The notes under the pieces are model-generated. The model was not told where the DNA came from and did no database searches. It was given only the letters and a program-made list of their open reading frames with translations. 64,000 nucleotides of DNA from an uncultured bacterium. GTDB taxonomy: Bacteria > Margulisbacteria > WOR-1 > CAVSGV01. The position numbers and the translations under genes were made by a program. Below, one piece after another: positions 45,796-56,031 of the stretch. Location of the stretch: assembly GCA_963768305.1 (NCBI GenBank), contig CAVYHE010000008.1, positions 32,001 to 96,000 of the forward strand, in the 5' to 3' direction. Numbering within the stretch: position 1 is the stretch's first letter; every line of letters begins with the position of its first letter.

Positions 45796-46868
45796 AAAAA
45801 AATAACGCCCTTTTCCTCAGCCCTCTTCTTATTGCCGCCGTGAACGCAAGCTCTCCGGAAGTGATATGTTTAAAGCTTGAATATAATAAGCCCTTTTTTG
45901 CCAGGACAGTCCCCCTGGTCATCTCCAGCGCATTATTCGCGCTTTTACTTGTGGCCGTTGCCTGGACCTATTATCTGTGGAGGCGGTCAAAATATGTCCA
46001 TTGTCCGGATTGTAACGCCCTCAATTCCAAATATTATAAGGTGTGCGTAAAGTGCGGAGCCAGGTTAAAACAACCGCCGCTGACCGGAGAGCAGAAAAAG
46101 TGGTTCGGGACATTCGGCTGGACGAAAAATCCTTTTATTCTGAACACTATCCCGGACACGCATGTGGACCGTAACGCGGAAGTCCTGCTTATCATAGAGA
46201 AACTCAATACTTTAAGCGGACATATCCTCATCATAGGGGGGATCGGCAGCGGAAAGACCATTCTCCTGCGCTGGCTGGAGAAGCGTTTAAAGGACAATTT
46301 CGAGACCATTTATGTCCATCGGCCGCCCGAAGATCCGGACGAATTGATCGATCTGGTCCTGCCGCTCATTACAAAAAGAACGTTGCGCGGCGGCAAGAAC
46401 ATGGACGCTTATAAATTTTACGAGCTGTGCAAAAATTCCCAAAAGAAGATATTGATCCTGCTGGACAAGGTGCATGAATCGCGGGAAATATTCAAGCGGT
46501 TCCTGTCCACGCTGGCGAACCTTCCCAATGTTTTCCTGATCATGGCGGGGGATCCCGAGGCGCGCGAAATGATAAAGCGCAATCTGCCGGACTTTTTTGA
46601 CCGCATCGCGGAGACCGTCTTCCTAGGCGCGCTCACCCTCAGCGGGATCGAAGAGCTGATCATAAAAAGAATAAATGACGCGGGCGGAAAGGGACCGGAG
46701 CCTTTCACCGCTCAAGCGATCGAAGAGATCCATTCTTTGAGCTATGGCATCCCTCTCAGGGCCCTGAAGATCTGCGATTGGGCCGTAGCCAACGCGGTGC
46801 GCGACAGGAAAGGCTCCATCGAGAAGAGTGATATCCAGGCTTACATGCCGGTAAAGCAAGGAGGTTGA
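45792..46868 (+). CDS. AAA-type ATPase with a TM helix and zinc ribbon
   Basis: CPDC...CVKC; NPF; GGIGSGKT Walker A. Confidence 0.8.
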   Translation: MKKNNALFLSPLLIAAVNASSPEVICLKLEYNKPFFARTVPLVISSALFALLLVAVAWTYYLWRRSKYVHCPDCNALNSKYYKVCVKCGARLKQPPLTGEQKKWFGTFGWTKNPFILNTIPDTHVDRNAEVLLIIEKLNTLSGHILIIGGIGSGKTILLRWLEKRLKDNFETIYVHRPPEDPDELIDLVLPLITKRTLRGGKNMDAYKFYELCKNSQKKILILLDKVHESREIFKRFLSTLANLPNVFLIMAGDPEAREMIKRNLPDFFDRIAETVFLGALTLSGIEELIIKRINDAGGKGPEPFTAQAIEEIHSLSYGIPLRALKICDWAVANAVRDRKGSIEKSDIQAYMPVKQGG

Positions 46869-47251
46869 ACATGGCGTATCAAATTTTGATAGTGGAAGAT
46901 CACAAACCGACATTAGACGCGGTCAAGGCCATCATTGAAGCGGAGGGTTACAAGGCTGACACCGCGGAAACAGGAGAAACGGCCATCGAAAAGATAACTT
47001 CCAAAGAATATGACCTGGTCATTCTGGATATTATGCTGCCCAGGGTGGACGGGTTCGAGGTATGCCGGCGGGTGAGATCGTCCTTTAAGAACAGCAAGAC
47101 CCCCGTGATAATGCTTACCGCCCTGGATATCCCTGAGATCGGCAAAAGGAGCATCGAAGCAGGCGCGAACGATGTGGTCTTAAAACCTTTCAGGCCGGAT
47201 GATCTGACCGCAAAGGTAAAAAAGTTCATTGTTACCGTAAAGAAAGAATAG
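46865..47251 (+). CDS. Single-domain response regulator
   Basis: IVED, DIMLPRVDG, KPF. Confidence 0.92.
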   Translation: MNMAYQILIVEDHKPTLDAVKAIIEAEGYKADTAETGETAIEKITSKEYDLVILDIMLPRVDGFEVCRRVRSSFKNSKTPVIMLTALDIPEIGKRSIEAGANDVVLKPFRPDDLTAKVKKFIVTVKKE

Positions 47252-47429
47252 TTGCAAATTATGCGCCATTAAGACATAATTCCACCTGATGTTCCTTTAT
47301 CACGTGACAGGTTTTTTTTGCGACTTCAGCTGCTGGACTGTTTCACATATGCCCGGCAGCTTTTTTATATGAAGCTTTTCGTTTTTCAGTCCCATGACCC
47401 TTGCCGGTAAAGCAGCTAGGAGGATGAAC

Positions 47430-47807
47430 ATGGCAGACCCTATCTTGATCCTGATCGTGGATGACAACAAGCCCTCATTGGAAGCGGTGAAGGAAATTTT
47501 CAAGATGCAGGGTTACGAGGTTGAGACCGCGGATTGCGGAGAAATAGCCATTGAGATGATCGCTTCCAAAAAATATGCCGCAGTCATTCTGGATATCATG
47601 CTGCCCAGGGTGGACGGGTTCGAGGTCTGCAGGCGGGTAAGAGCGGACGCCAAGAACAGCAAAACCCCCGTGATATTGATCACAGCGCTGGATATTCCGG
47701 AGATAAGCAAAATGAGCGCTGAAGTGCGCGCGAACGACTTTATATTTAAACCTTTCAAGGCGGAAGACTTGGTCGCAAAGGTAAAAAAGTATATTCCAAA
47801 TACATAA
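47430..47807 (+). CDS. Single-domain response regulator, paralog of the previous one
   Basis: IVDD, DIMLPRVDGFEVCRRVR, KPF. Confidence 0.9.
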   Translation: MADPILILIVDDNKPSLEAVKEIFKMQGYEVETADCGEIAIEMIASKKYAAVILDIMLPRVDGFEVCRRVRADAKNSKTPVILITALDIPEISKMSAEVRANDFIFKPFKAEDLVAKVKKYIPNT

Positions 47808-47824
47808 ATAGGGAGGTTAGCTAA

Positions 47825-47884
47825 ATGGTTGAATTAGTGATTTTAGTTATCTTAGTGATCATTCTCATAAAGGTCATAAAGTAA
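47825..47884 (+). CDS. Putative 19-aa hydrophobic small protein MVELVILVILVIILIKVIK
   Basis: GGGAGG RBS; single-TM composition; directly precedes the ABC genes. Confidence 0.55.
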   Translation: MVELVILVILVIILIKVIK

Positions 47885-47893
47885 AGATCCCCG

Positions 47894-48574
47894 ATGCAGC
47901 TTGAGATCCGCGGCCTTACAAAGGTCTATGACAAGAAAAGCGGCCTGTTCCCTACCAGCTTCAGTGTTGATAAAGGGGAGTTTATTGCCGTCGTGGGCCA
48001 TAACGGCGCGGGAAAATCCACACTTCTAAAAATGCTTGGCAGCTGGATCCTCCCCGACAGCGGGCAGGCTTTTGTCGACGGCATAGATCTCAGGAACAGG
48101 TCCGCGTTCGTAAAGCTGGTGGGATTCGTCCCGGAAACCTCAGATCTTTTTGAACTTTTCTCCGTCGATTACAACCTCAAATTATTCGCCGGATTTTTTC
48201 AGGTCCCTTCTTCGCGTATAGAGGAAATACTTAATGAATTCGGGCTTCTGCCATTCCGTAAAAAAAGAATTGAAGTTTTGTCAAAAGGGCTCAAGCAAAG
48301 GGTAAGCATAGGCCGTTCTCTTCTGGCGGACCCGCCGGTGATGCTTTTTGACGAGCCAACGGCGGGGCTGGACTTTGAGATGACGAAAGAGGTCTACAGG
48401 CTTTTGAAAAGCATACACGCGCGGGGAAAGACGATCATATTCACCTCGCACCGGCCGGAGGAGATAAGGACGCTGGCGGCGCGGATACTTGTCCTGCATC
48501 AGGGAAAGATCGTCTTTGACGGGCCGACCGAAGAATATTTCAATTCAAAAGAATACAAGGACCTTTACTTATGA
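47894..48574 (+). CDS. ABC transporter ATP-binding protein
   Basis: GHNGAGKST, LSKG signature, DEPT. Confidence 0.93.
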   Translation: MQLEIRGLTKVYDKKSGLFPTSFSVDKGEFIAVVGHNGAGKSTLLKMLGSWILPDSGQAFVDGIDLRNRSAFVKLVGFVPETSDLFELFSVDYNLKLFAGFFQVPSSRIEEILNEFGLLPFRKKRIEVLSKGLKQRVSIGRSLLADPPVMLFDEPTAGLDFEMTKEVYRLLKSIHARGKTIIFTSHRPEEIRTLAARILVLHQGKIVFDGPTEEYFNSKEYKDLYL

Positions 48575-49594
48575 TAAAAAATATTCTAGTTCTTATCAAA
48601 AATGACATTGCCATATCTTTCAAGAACAGGTCAATATACCTGATACTTTTTATCCCGCTGTTCGCGGTGATGTCCCTGAAAATGGTAGACCCGTCCAACT
48701 ATGCGTCCCGCGCGGTAAGGATCGGGATAGTTCAAAATGAATACTATCCGTCCGTCATCATGAAAAGCATAAGGTCGGCCGGAAGATTATTCACCGTTAC
48801 AACTGTCAGCGATGAAAAAGAGGGCGTGAAAAAGCTGAAAGACAGGGAGCTGGACGGGATTTTGACAAGGGCGAAGAACGGGACGCTTGGTCTTATAGTC
48901 GTGAAGAAAGAATCATTCCAGGCGCTGGCGATATTATCAAATGTCGCCGTCCTGCAAAGGTCGGCTGAGGGCAGGAGTTCAAGCTGGATATCGGAAATAA
49001 GGTCGTTGCAGGAAGGCGGGATCCAGAAGCAGGCATTGCCCACCTGGGTTTTGATGTCGGTGCTTCTGGTGGGATTTATCATAATGCCCGCGCAGGTGGC
49101 CGAGGAAAAAGAAAAGAAACTATTATTGGGGCTTTTGCAGACGCCGATGCAGGAGCTGGAGTGGGTGTTTGCCAAGCTTTTCGCGGGGATGATAATGACT
49201 TTCGCGGCGGTCATTCTGCTTCATTTGATGGGAGGGTTCGGTTTTGGGGATATCTCGAGTTATTTCCTGTTCCTTTTGGCGGGGAGTTTTTGTTTTTGCG
49301 CTTTCGGGATATTCCTGGGATTTTTGTGCGGGAGCCAGGCGAGCGCGAGGACTTTGGGGGTATTATTTTATCTGCCGTTCATGTTCCCTTCGGCGTTATC
49401 CGATTTTTCGCAAAAATTAAGCGCGGTGGCTCCCCTATTGCCTTCGTATCAATTCTACGGGCCGGTCAAGGTCAATCCTCCTGGAAGGCGGCAGGATAAC
49501 GGGTTTTCCGCTGGAGTGGATATATTTATGTATAATAGGCGCGCTTGGATGCGGGATATCTGTCAAATTAATTAAGATCAGATGGTTGATGTAA
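48571..49594 (+). CDS. ABC-2 type permease (frameshift near the C-terminus)
   Basis: EEKEKK..LL.TP motif; multiple TM segments. Confidence 0.85.
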
Positions 49595-49599
49595 GAAAA

Positions 49600-50040
49600 A
49601 TGATAAAATATATTCGTGATGGCAGGTCTCCCATCCCCAAAAAAAGACTAACTTCCAAAATAATGAGCCGAATAAGAGCAAAGAATACTACTCCTGAGCG
49701 CTCACTGAGAAAAGCATTACGAAAAATCGGTCTGAAACATTTTAAATTACATGACCAAAGACTTCCTGGTCGTCCAGATATTTCCTTTCCGAAGCATAAA
49801 TTAGCTGTTTTCGTGAACGGCTGTTATTGGCATCGATGCCCATTTTGCAAGCCGAGTCTTCCTAAAAGTCATCTTAAGTTTTGGAGGGAAAAGTTCCGAA
49901 AGAACAAAGCCAGGGATAAGAAAAAGCTTTCGTTGTTGAAGAAACTTGGCTGGAAGAGTATTGTTGTATGGGAATGCAAGATCAGGAAAGAGGCTATCAA
50001 CATTGCATTAAAAATAGCGGAACGGGTGAGGTTAACATGA
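49600..50040 (+). CDS. vsr: Very short patch repair endonuclease
   Basis: MSRIRAKNTTPE, LPGRPDI, FVNGCYWH, VWEC. Confidence 0.92.
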   Translation: MIKYIRDGRSPIPKKRLTSKIMSRIRAKNTTPERSLRKALRKIGLKHFKLHDQRLPGRPDISFPKHKLAVFVNGCYWHRCPFCKPSLPKSHLKFWREKFRKNKARDKKKLSLLKKLGWKSIVVWECKIRKEAINIALKIAERVRLT

Positions 50041-51410
50041 AGCTACCATATAATGAAAAGGACCTGAGGTCCATTGAGAAATATGCGAAGATACTTGAGG
50101 ATCATAAGCTAAACGACTTATATCCAATAGATTGGAATAGGGACCCTCATTACGATAAAGGGCAGTTTGGCAAATTGATCGAAGAGCTACATTTCAAAAG
50201 AACCCCTAATAACAGTCCTCTACCCGACTTTCCGGAGGCAGGTGTTGAATTAAAAACAACGGGCCTTATAAAGGTCAAGGATAGATTGCACGCGAAAGAA
50301 CGATTAAAACTAAATTCACTTAATTATTGTGATATGGATAAAGAAATATGGAAAAAGAGTCATTTTCTATCAAAGAACCTTAAAACATTATTAATCGCTT
50401 ATCTTTATAATCGAAATGAACATCCCATGGAACTTATCATTAAACTTTGCGGCTTATGGGAAATACCAGAGAAAGACCTGCTCATCATTAGATCAGATTG
50501 GGAAAAGATAAGAGCAAAAATAAATAATAATGTCCCTTGGCTTATATCAGAGGGGGATACATTATATCTTGGTGCCTGTACAAGCGGAAGTGATAGCAGA
50601 GAAACTGTCGTTATTCCAAGGTCTAAAAGGAAGGTTAAAGCACGCTCCCTCTGCTTTAAGAAACCCTATCTTGATGCGATATTGTGGGAACTCTCAATGG
50701 GAAAACTCGGGCAAAAGTTCGGAGAAGAAAAGATAATAAAAGACGACCATGAACTTATCAAACTCGGATTTGAAGGATATTTGATCAATAAATTCAAGCC
50801 ATTCATTGGGAAAACAATAAAACAAATAGCAAAGGATAAGAAGATCAAGGTCTCTATTAAAGCCAAGAATTACAACGATATCATCTCGAAGGCGATCCTT
50901 GGTCTAAAAGAAAGTCCGGAAAAATCAGAGGAATTCATTAAAGCAGGTATTGCTTTAAAGAGCATTGCGTTTGAAAGAAATGGGAACCTGATAGAAAGCA
51001 TTTCTTTCCCATATTTTAAATATGACGAATTAGTAGCAGAAAACGATTGGGACAGCTCAACAACAAGAGAAATGTTCGAACGAAAATTCTTTTTCGTTGT
51101 TTACCAAAAAGACAATAAGAACAACAAGGTCCTTAAAGGGGTCGTATTTTGGAATATTCCGCTTGATGACCTAGATAAACAAGTTAAGTCAGTGTGGATA
51201 GAAACAATAAAAAGATTGAGGATTAATCCAAAAAGTAAGCTTCCGGGGATGAAAGAAAATCCAATTTCTCATATAAGACCTCATGGAAGAGACGCAAAAG
51301 ATACATATACAACTATTTCAGGAATCAAGCTCAAAAAGTATTGCTTCTGGTTCAATGCTAAATATATCGAAACCGAGATCAAGAAATCACTCTCGAATTT
51401 AAGAACTTGA
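50037..51410 (+). CDS. Type II restriction endonuclease, Sau3AI/MutH family
   Basis: KGQFGKLIEE, PDFPEAGVELK, SEGDT.YLGACT, HIRPHGR, FWFN. Confidence 0.85.
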   Translation: MKLPYNEKDLRSIEKYAKILEDHKLNDLYPIDWNRDPHYDKGQFGKLIEELHFKRTPNNSPLPDFPEAGVELKTTGLIKVKDRLHAKERLKLNSLNYCDMDKEIWKKSHFLSKNLKTLLIAYLYNRNEHPMELIIKLCGLWEIPEKDLLIIRSDWEKIRAKINNNVPWLISEGDTLYLGACTSGSDSRETVVIPRSKRKVKARSLCFKKPYLDAILWELSMGKLGQKFGEEKIIKDDHELIKLGFEGYLINKFKPFIGKTIKQIAKDKKIKVSIKAKNYNDIISKAILGLKESPEKSEEFIKAGIALKSIAFERNGNLIESISFPYFKYDELVAENDWDSSTTREMFERKFFFVVYQKDNKNNKVLKGVVFWNIPLDDLDKQVKSVWIETIKRLRINPKSKLPGMKENPISHIRPHGRDAKDTYTTISGIKLKKYCFWFNAKYIETEIKKSLSNLRT

Positions 51411-51444
51411 TCCTAATTATGATTTACGCTATAATACAATCCAA

Positions 51445-52752
51445 ATGAGAAAGAAAAGCAATAAAACATTTACTGTTTGTGAATTATTTGCTGGTGTCGG
51501 AGGCTTCCGTTTAGGCCTTGAAGAAAGCGATTGGCAAGTCATTTGGTCAAACCAATGGGAGCCTTTCAAAAAAGAACAATTCGCCTCCGATTGTTATGTC
51601 GCTCATTTCGGTAAAGAGGGTCACTCGAACGAAGATATCGCTGTTGCCAAATATAAAGTTCCAAAGCATACTTTATTGGTCGGTGGTTTTCCGTGCCAGG
51701 ATTATTCCGTAGCTACTACGTTGGCAAAAGGAATACATGGAAAGAAAGGTGTCCTTTGGTGGGAAATCAGGGATATCATAAAGAAAACAAAGCCCCCCTA
51801 TGTTCTTCTTGAAAATGTCGATAGAATATTACGCTCACCTTCAAAACAAAGAGGCCGCGATTTTGGAATCATTTTATCCTGCTTAAATAAGCTTGGATAT
51901 ACTGTCGAATGGCGGATGATCAATGCCGCAGATTATGGATTCCCTCAGAAACGCAGAAGAACATTCATATTTGCTACTAGAGATAAACAACTGATAAAAA
52001 AGCTTTATTCGAAGAAGAAACTTGAAGATATTGTCGAAAACAACGGTTTCTTCGCACAGGAATTTCCTGTCAAGATAGATCAGGCGTTACGACCAGATGC
52101 CGAATGTATAAATATTAGTTCGAGTCTTATAGATATTACTAATACTTTTCAACATCATTTCTTTAATAGTGGATTTATGAGAAAAGGAGTCGTTTATACC
52201 GTAAAAACCATTCCTATATTTGAAAAAATAACACCCCTTCGATATATCATTAGTTTTGATCCTGTTGAGAAAAAATACTTCATCACAAAGAATGAATATA
52301 AAAAGTGGAAATATTGCAAAGGCGCAAAGGATGAACCAAGAACAAGTAAAACAGGCTTTGTTTATAGATATACTGAAGGAGCTATTCCTTTTCCTGATAA
52401 ACTAGATTCTCCTTCAAGGACAATGCTAACAAATGAAGGAGCGTCACGTCCGAATAGGATATCCCATATTATAAAGGACCCCATAAATGGCAGATTGAGG
52501 AGGTTGACACCTGAAGAAACAGAAAGATTGAATGGCTTCCCTCCCGGTTGGACCAATACAGATATGCCAGAACGATGGAGATATTTCTGTATGGGAAATG
52601 CTCTTGTTGTTGGATTAATAACAAGAATGGGCAAAAGATTACGCAAAGTGATTGAAAAAACCGACCAAATCAAAAAATCAGAGACAAAAATAACTTTTAA
52701 GAGAAGGGGTTCGTTCAATAATAAAGAATTTGAAAATGTAGTGAATATTTAG
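51445..52752 (+). CDS. dcm: C5 cytosine DNA methyltransferase (M.Sau3AI-like)
   Basis: ELFAGVGGF, WSNQWEP, GGFPCQDYS, ENV, QKRRR, MGNALV. Confidence 0.93.
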   Translation: MRKKSNKTFTVCELFAGVGGFRLGLEESDWQVIWSNQWEPFKKEQFASDCYVAHFGKEGHSNEDIAVAKYKVPKHTLLVGGFPCQDYSVATTLAKGIHGKKGVLWWEIRDIIKKTKPPYVLLENVDRILRSPSKQRGRDFGIILSCLNKLGYTVEWRMINAADYGFPQKRRRTFIFATRDKQLIKKLYSKKKLEDIVENNGFFAQEFPVKIDQALRPDAECINISSSLIDITNTFQHHFFNSGFMRKGVVYTVKTIPIFEKITPLRYIISFDPVEKKYFITKNEYKKWKYCKGAKDEPRTSKTGFVYRYTEGAIPFPDKLDSPSRTMLTNEGASRPNRISHIIKDPINGRLRRLTPEETERLNGFPPGWTNTDMPERWRYFCMGNALVVGLITRMGKRLRKVIEKTDQIKKSETKITFKRRGSFNNKEFENVVNI

Positions 52753-52771
52753 TTTTATAAAATATTTTATT

Positions 52772-53209
52772 ATGGAAAATAAAGGGTACAATACAAATCT
52801 TGCCTCAGAATATTATGTGCTATCTATGCTTTATCGAGTTGGCGTAAACGCATCTATTACCATAGGCAACAAAAAGTCTGTAGATATTATGGTGGAAAAG
52901 GGCGATAAATTGTTAACTATTGACGTGAAAGGACTTCGGGATACATCATGCTTTCCGATTGATAACTTGAAGAATAAAAAACCCAACCATTATCTGGCAT
53001 TTGTATCATATCGAAACAGCATTAACAATCCAGCCGTTATTCCGACGGTTTATATTGTTCCTGCAAATGAGTTAGAGAAAAAACATGCCAAATTAGGCGG
53101 GAAATCAATAGTTTATGTTAATCCAAAGGGAAACAGGAGGGTTGTCGAATATCATCGCCTGAAAAAACTCGGTAAGAAATATCTTAGCAGGTGGAAATAC
53201 TTTATTTAA
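52772..53209 (+). CDS. Small PD-(D/E)xK-like putative nuclease
   Basis: ASEYYV...VDI...IDVKG pattern; AT-rich and co-oriented with the R-M genes. Confidence 0.6.
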   Translation: MENKGYNTNLASEYYVLSMLYRVGVNASITIGNKKSVDIMVEKGDKLLTIDVKGLRDTSCFPIDNLKNKKPNHYLAFVSYRNSINNPAVIPTVYIVPANELEKKHAKLGGKSIVYVNPKGNRRVVEYHRLKKLGKKYLSRWKYFI

Positions 53210-53272
53210 ATCCCAAACGGTGCTCCTCTCGCTTCACTTGTTCCACTATCCTTATCGTCGGAAAAGTAAAGC

Positions 53273-53399
53273 AGGGGATAAGGGGTAAGGGGTAAGGGAT
53301 GGGGGACAAGGGTTAAGGGGAAAAGGGGCAAGAGGTAAGGGACAAGGGTTAAGGGGTAAGGGACAAGGGTTAAGGGGTAAGGGACAAGGGTTAAGGGGC
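53273..53399. repeat. Heptamer tandem array (AAGGGNN) of about 17 units, with a 21-bp superperiod
   Basis: AAGGGGT/AAGGGAC/AAGGGTT units read directly. Confidence 0.9.
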
Positions 53400-53777
53400 A
53401 CGGGAGGCGGCAAGGCGGCGAAGTGAATTGATCAGGCCATTTATCATCATTTCAATTTCGCTCAATTCGTTGATCATCATATGCGCGTCGGCTTCGCCTA
53501 CATATTTCAAGTCTTTAGAGAGAGAAACATGACTCTTGCTTTCCCCCGCGGAACCGCGAGCATTGAGATAGAACTTTATTTTGTCATTTGAATGATAACG
53601 GTTAAAGCCTTCGGCAATATTAGCTGAGATCGATGAGGCCGCCCGCCTCATCTGATCAGTAAGGCTGAACCTTTCATCCCGGGGGAACTTATTCGTTATC
53701 TGATAAATCTTGACAGTGAAAGCATTAGCCTGCTTCCAAACTTTGAGATCATAAAATGTTGTTACCTTTTCTTTCAC
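53391..53777 (-). CDS. Four helix bundle protein (23S rRNA IVP-like family)
   Basis: FYDLKVWK, FPRDERFSLTDQMRRAASSISANIAEG, ARGS. Confidence 0.92.
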   Translation of the reverse strand: MKEKVTTFYDLKVWKQANAFTVKIYQITNKFPRDERFSLTDQMRRAASSISANIAEGFNRYHSNDKIKFYLNARGSAGESKSHVSLSKDLKYVGEADAHMMINELSEIEMMINGLINSLRRLAASRAP

Positions 53778-53784
53778 TGTTTTT

Positions 53785-53847
53785 GCCTTATCCCTGTTCC
53801 TTTATCCCTTATCGCTGATCCCTTATCCCTTTATCGCTGACCCCTTT
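53785..53847. repeat. Heptamer array (CCCTTAT-like), inverted relative to 53273-53399
   Basis: GCCTTAT CCCTGTT CCTTTAT CCCTTAT CGCTGAT... Confidence 0.85.
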
Positions 53848-54359
53848 TACCTGAACCCTATTCCCTTGCTTTCTTTCGCCGGCGGCGGCTCAATTAATTT
53901 ATGTATCGCCTGGAATATCAACTGAATGTCTTCGCTGTTCTTGCCGACTATTTGTTCAAGTTGTTCAAGCTTGTGAGCTAAATCTTTATGGGCAGACACC
54001 ATCTGCTTGAACCGCACGAAAACACGCATTATCGCTATATTGACCTGTATCGCTCTTTCACTATGCAAAACGGACGAAAGCATAGCTATACCTTGTTCGG
54101 TAAAAGCATAAGGTCGGAATCTTCTCCCACCCCAACTTGATATCACAATTTGTGATTTCAAGTTTTCAGCTTCCCGCCAGGTAATTTTGAACATAAAATC
54201 CTCAGGAAACCTTGCAATATTTCTTTTGACCGCCTGATTTAGGACAAAAGTTTTCACGCCATAAAGAACTGCCAAATCCATATCTAACATGACTTTTTGG
54301 CCGCGGATTAGATAGATCTTGTTCTCAATAATTTCCTGTGGGACCAATGCTTCACTCAT
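53847..54359 (-). CDS. ORF6N domain protein (copy 1)
   Basis: IRGQKVMLD.DLA.LYGV, RFPEDFMF, PYAFTEQGIAMLSSVL, C-terminal IGF. Confidence 0.92.
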   Translation of the reverse strand: MSEALVPQEIIENKIYLIRGQKVMLDMDLAVLYGVKTFVLNQAVKRNIARFPEDFMFKITWREAENLKSQIVISSWGGRRFRPYAFTEQGIAMLSSVLHSERAIQVNIAIMRVFVRFKQMVSAHKDLAHKLEQLEQIVGKNSEDIQLIFQAIHKLIEPPPAKESKGIGFR

Positions 54360-54489
54360 AATAAGCAAGAAGCAGCAATTATATTGCCGCTATATTTGAA
54401 CATAAAAATGATAAATTATTGTAGATATTAATGACAGTTGTAGCGAATTTCGACAATAGTATGAATCAGTCGCAATCTGCGACCAGTTC
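54360..54489 (-). promoter_or_regulatory. Conserved ORF6N upstream module (copy 1): GG-N10-GC, tandem TGT-N11-ACA, distal palindrome
   Basis: Alignable with 56679-56808 and 59433-59528. Confidence 0.7.
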
Positions 54490-54529
54490 AAATCTCTGGT
54501 CTCAAATCTCTGATCTCAAGTCTCAGATA

Positions 54530-55300
54530 TCATTCTACAACTCGAATAGTCCAGAAGTCATCGGACAAATTTTCATCCACCAGGTAATCATAAGGCAAAG
54601 TGAAATAACCCTTCATCCCCCACCCCGTGCCCCACGAATTCCTGACAATGAACCATTTATTCGCATCATCATATCCTACAGCCATTACAGCATGCCCGCC
54701 TTCCAGTTTATCTTTCGCTCCCGGCATCTTCGCGTGCCCCGTCTTTGCCACGGCCGCGGTCATGAAACTGTCATATACCGAAAATCCGAACACGAACGGA
54801 TATCCCGACGCGAGACACCCTTTCATCTGGTTCGCAATCCGGCTCACGCGCTGATATAACACCGCCTTGTGCTTGACCGCATTCGTGTAGCACGAAACAG
54901 GCGGCTTCTGCGAGAACTTGGCAATATCATACGGCCATAACTTTTCGGGACAATCACCTTGCTTCCCCACGCTCTTTATCCCGTCCCTGATCTGCGCGCC
55001 GCTGTCACTATCAATAGTGTGCTCCATCACGCGCTCATTATAATAAATGAACAAACGCGACGGCATGAAATATTTTCCCTTCTGCTTTATCTGCTCGAAT
55101 TCCATCGCCGCCGCGATCGCATTCGCTGTGCAGCTTCCTAATTGGCCCTGGTCATATACCAGAGGGCATTGGGCGCGGAGATCGACTTTTGCCGGAAGTT
55201 TGGCTATCCATTCCAGAGGAGCGGCATATATGTGATCGCGGTGGTCTGGGATATCAGGAATCCAACCGAAAGAATTCTTAAGTTTAGGTTTAGTGCTCAT
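54530..55300 (-). CDS. Papain-like C1A cysteine peptidase
   Basis: QGQLGSCTANA, GGHAV, RNSWG. Confidence 0.92.
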   Translation of the reverse strand: MSTKPKLKNSFGWIPDIPDHRDHIYAAPLEWIAKLPAKVDLRAQCPLVYDQGQLGSCTANAIAAAMEFEQIKQKGKYFMPSRLFIYYNERVMEHTIDSDSGAQIRDGIKSVGKQGDCPEKLWPYDIAKFSQKPPVSCYTNAVKHKAVLYQRVSRIANQMKGCLASGYPFVFGFSVYDSFMTAAVAKTGHAKMPGAKDKLEGGHAVMAVGYDDANKWFIVRNSWGTGWGMKGYFTLPYDYLVDENLSDDFWTIRVVE

Positions 55301-55749
55301 TGGATTTTCGGGCCAAGATTATAGCATAATTTTTCAAAAACCGAATACAAAAGTCTTTTCTCTTCGTACTTTCTTTGTCTTGATACAAAGAAAGTAACCC
55401 CCTAAAGGGGGCAGGCATAGAAAAATCAAGCGTTTCAAACGAGCTTTGTGGTCTGCCCGAATATTGTCTTAGCCCTTGAAACGCATTTTGGGCTGGTCGA
55501 TTGGCCTTGCCTGCTTTAAATGAGATCAATATGCGCTGAATAGTATCCATTTCTGTAGCTATTAAAGGCAGGAAAAGGGCGAGCCTATTTTTTAAATTAG
55601 CCCTTCGGGCCCACTCACCAATATTAACTTATCTTTTAAGAAATGGGGATCTGGAGATCCGACTTGATGCCTTGTTAACACTTGACAATCGGGTTAACCT
55701 ATGTTAACCTATGCCATACAAGTTAACAATATCACAGGAGGACATTATT

Positions 55750-56031
55750 ATGGCTGGAACAAGGAAAAATAAGGAATATTTGAGCATACCTGAAGCGGCC
55801 AGGATGCTGGGGATCAGCAGGATAGCGCTTTACAGGAAGGTCAAATCCGGCATTATCAAGGCCGAAAAGATCGGCAGGAACTACGCGATTCCGAAGAAAA
55901 ATATCAAAGATACCATAGGCTCGGAGTTGAGCGAAGCCAGCAAAACAGAAATAGACAAGGCTGTGCACAGGACCGTGAAAGAATACGGCGAAGTCCTTAA
56001 ACTGCTCGGGAGGGAAGATTGGAAATCTTAA
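55750..56031 (+). CDS. Excisionase-like HTH protein, probable antitoxin/regulator
   Basis: YLSIPEAARMLGISRIALYRKVKSG; overlaps the start of the Doc gene. Confidence 0.8.
   Translation: MAGTRKNKEYLSIPEAARMLGISRIALYRKVKSGIIKAEKIGRNYAIPKKNIKDTIGSELSEASKTEIDKAVHRTVKEYGEVLKLLGREDWKS

Noticed and set aside
55290..55550. 86-aa minus-strand ORF upstream of the peptidase
   Set aside because: No motif or RBS, and it overlaps the peptidase promoter; it cannot be supported as a gene.
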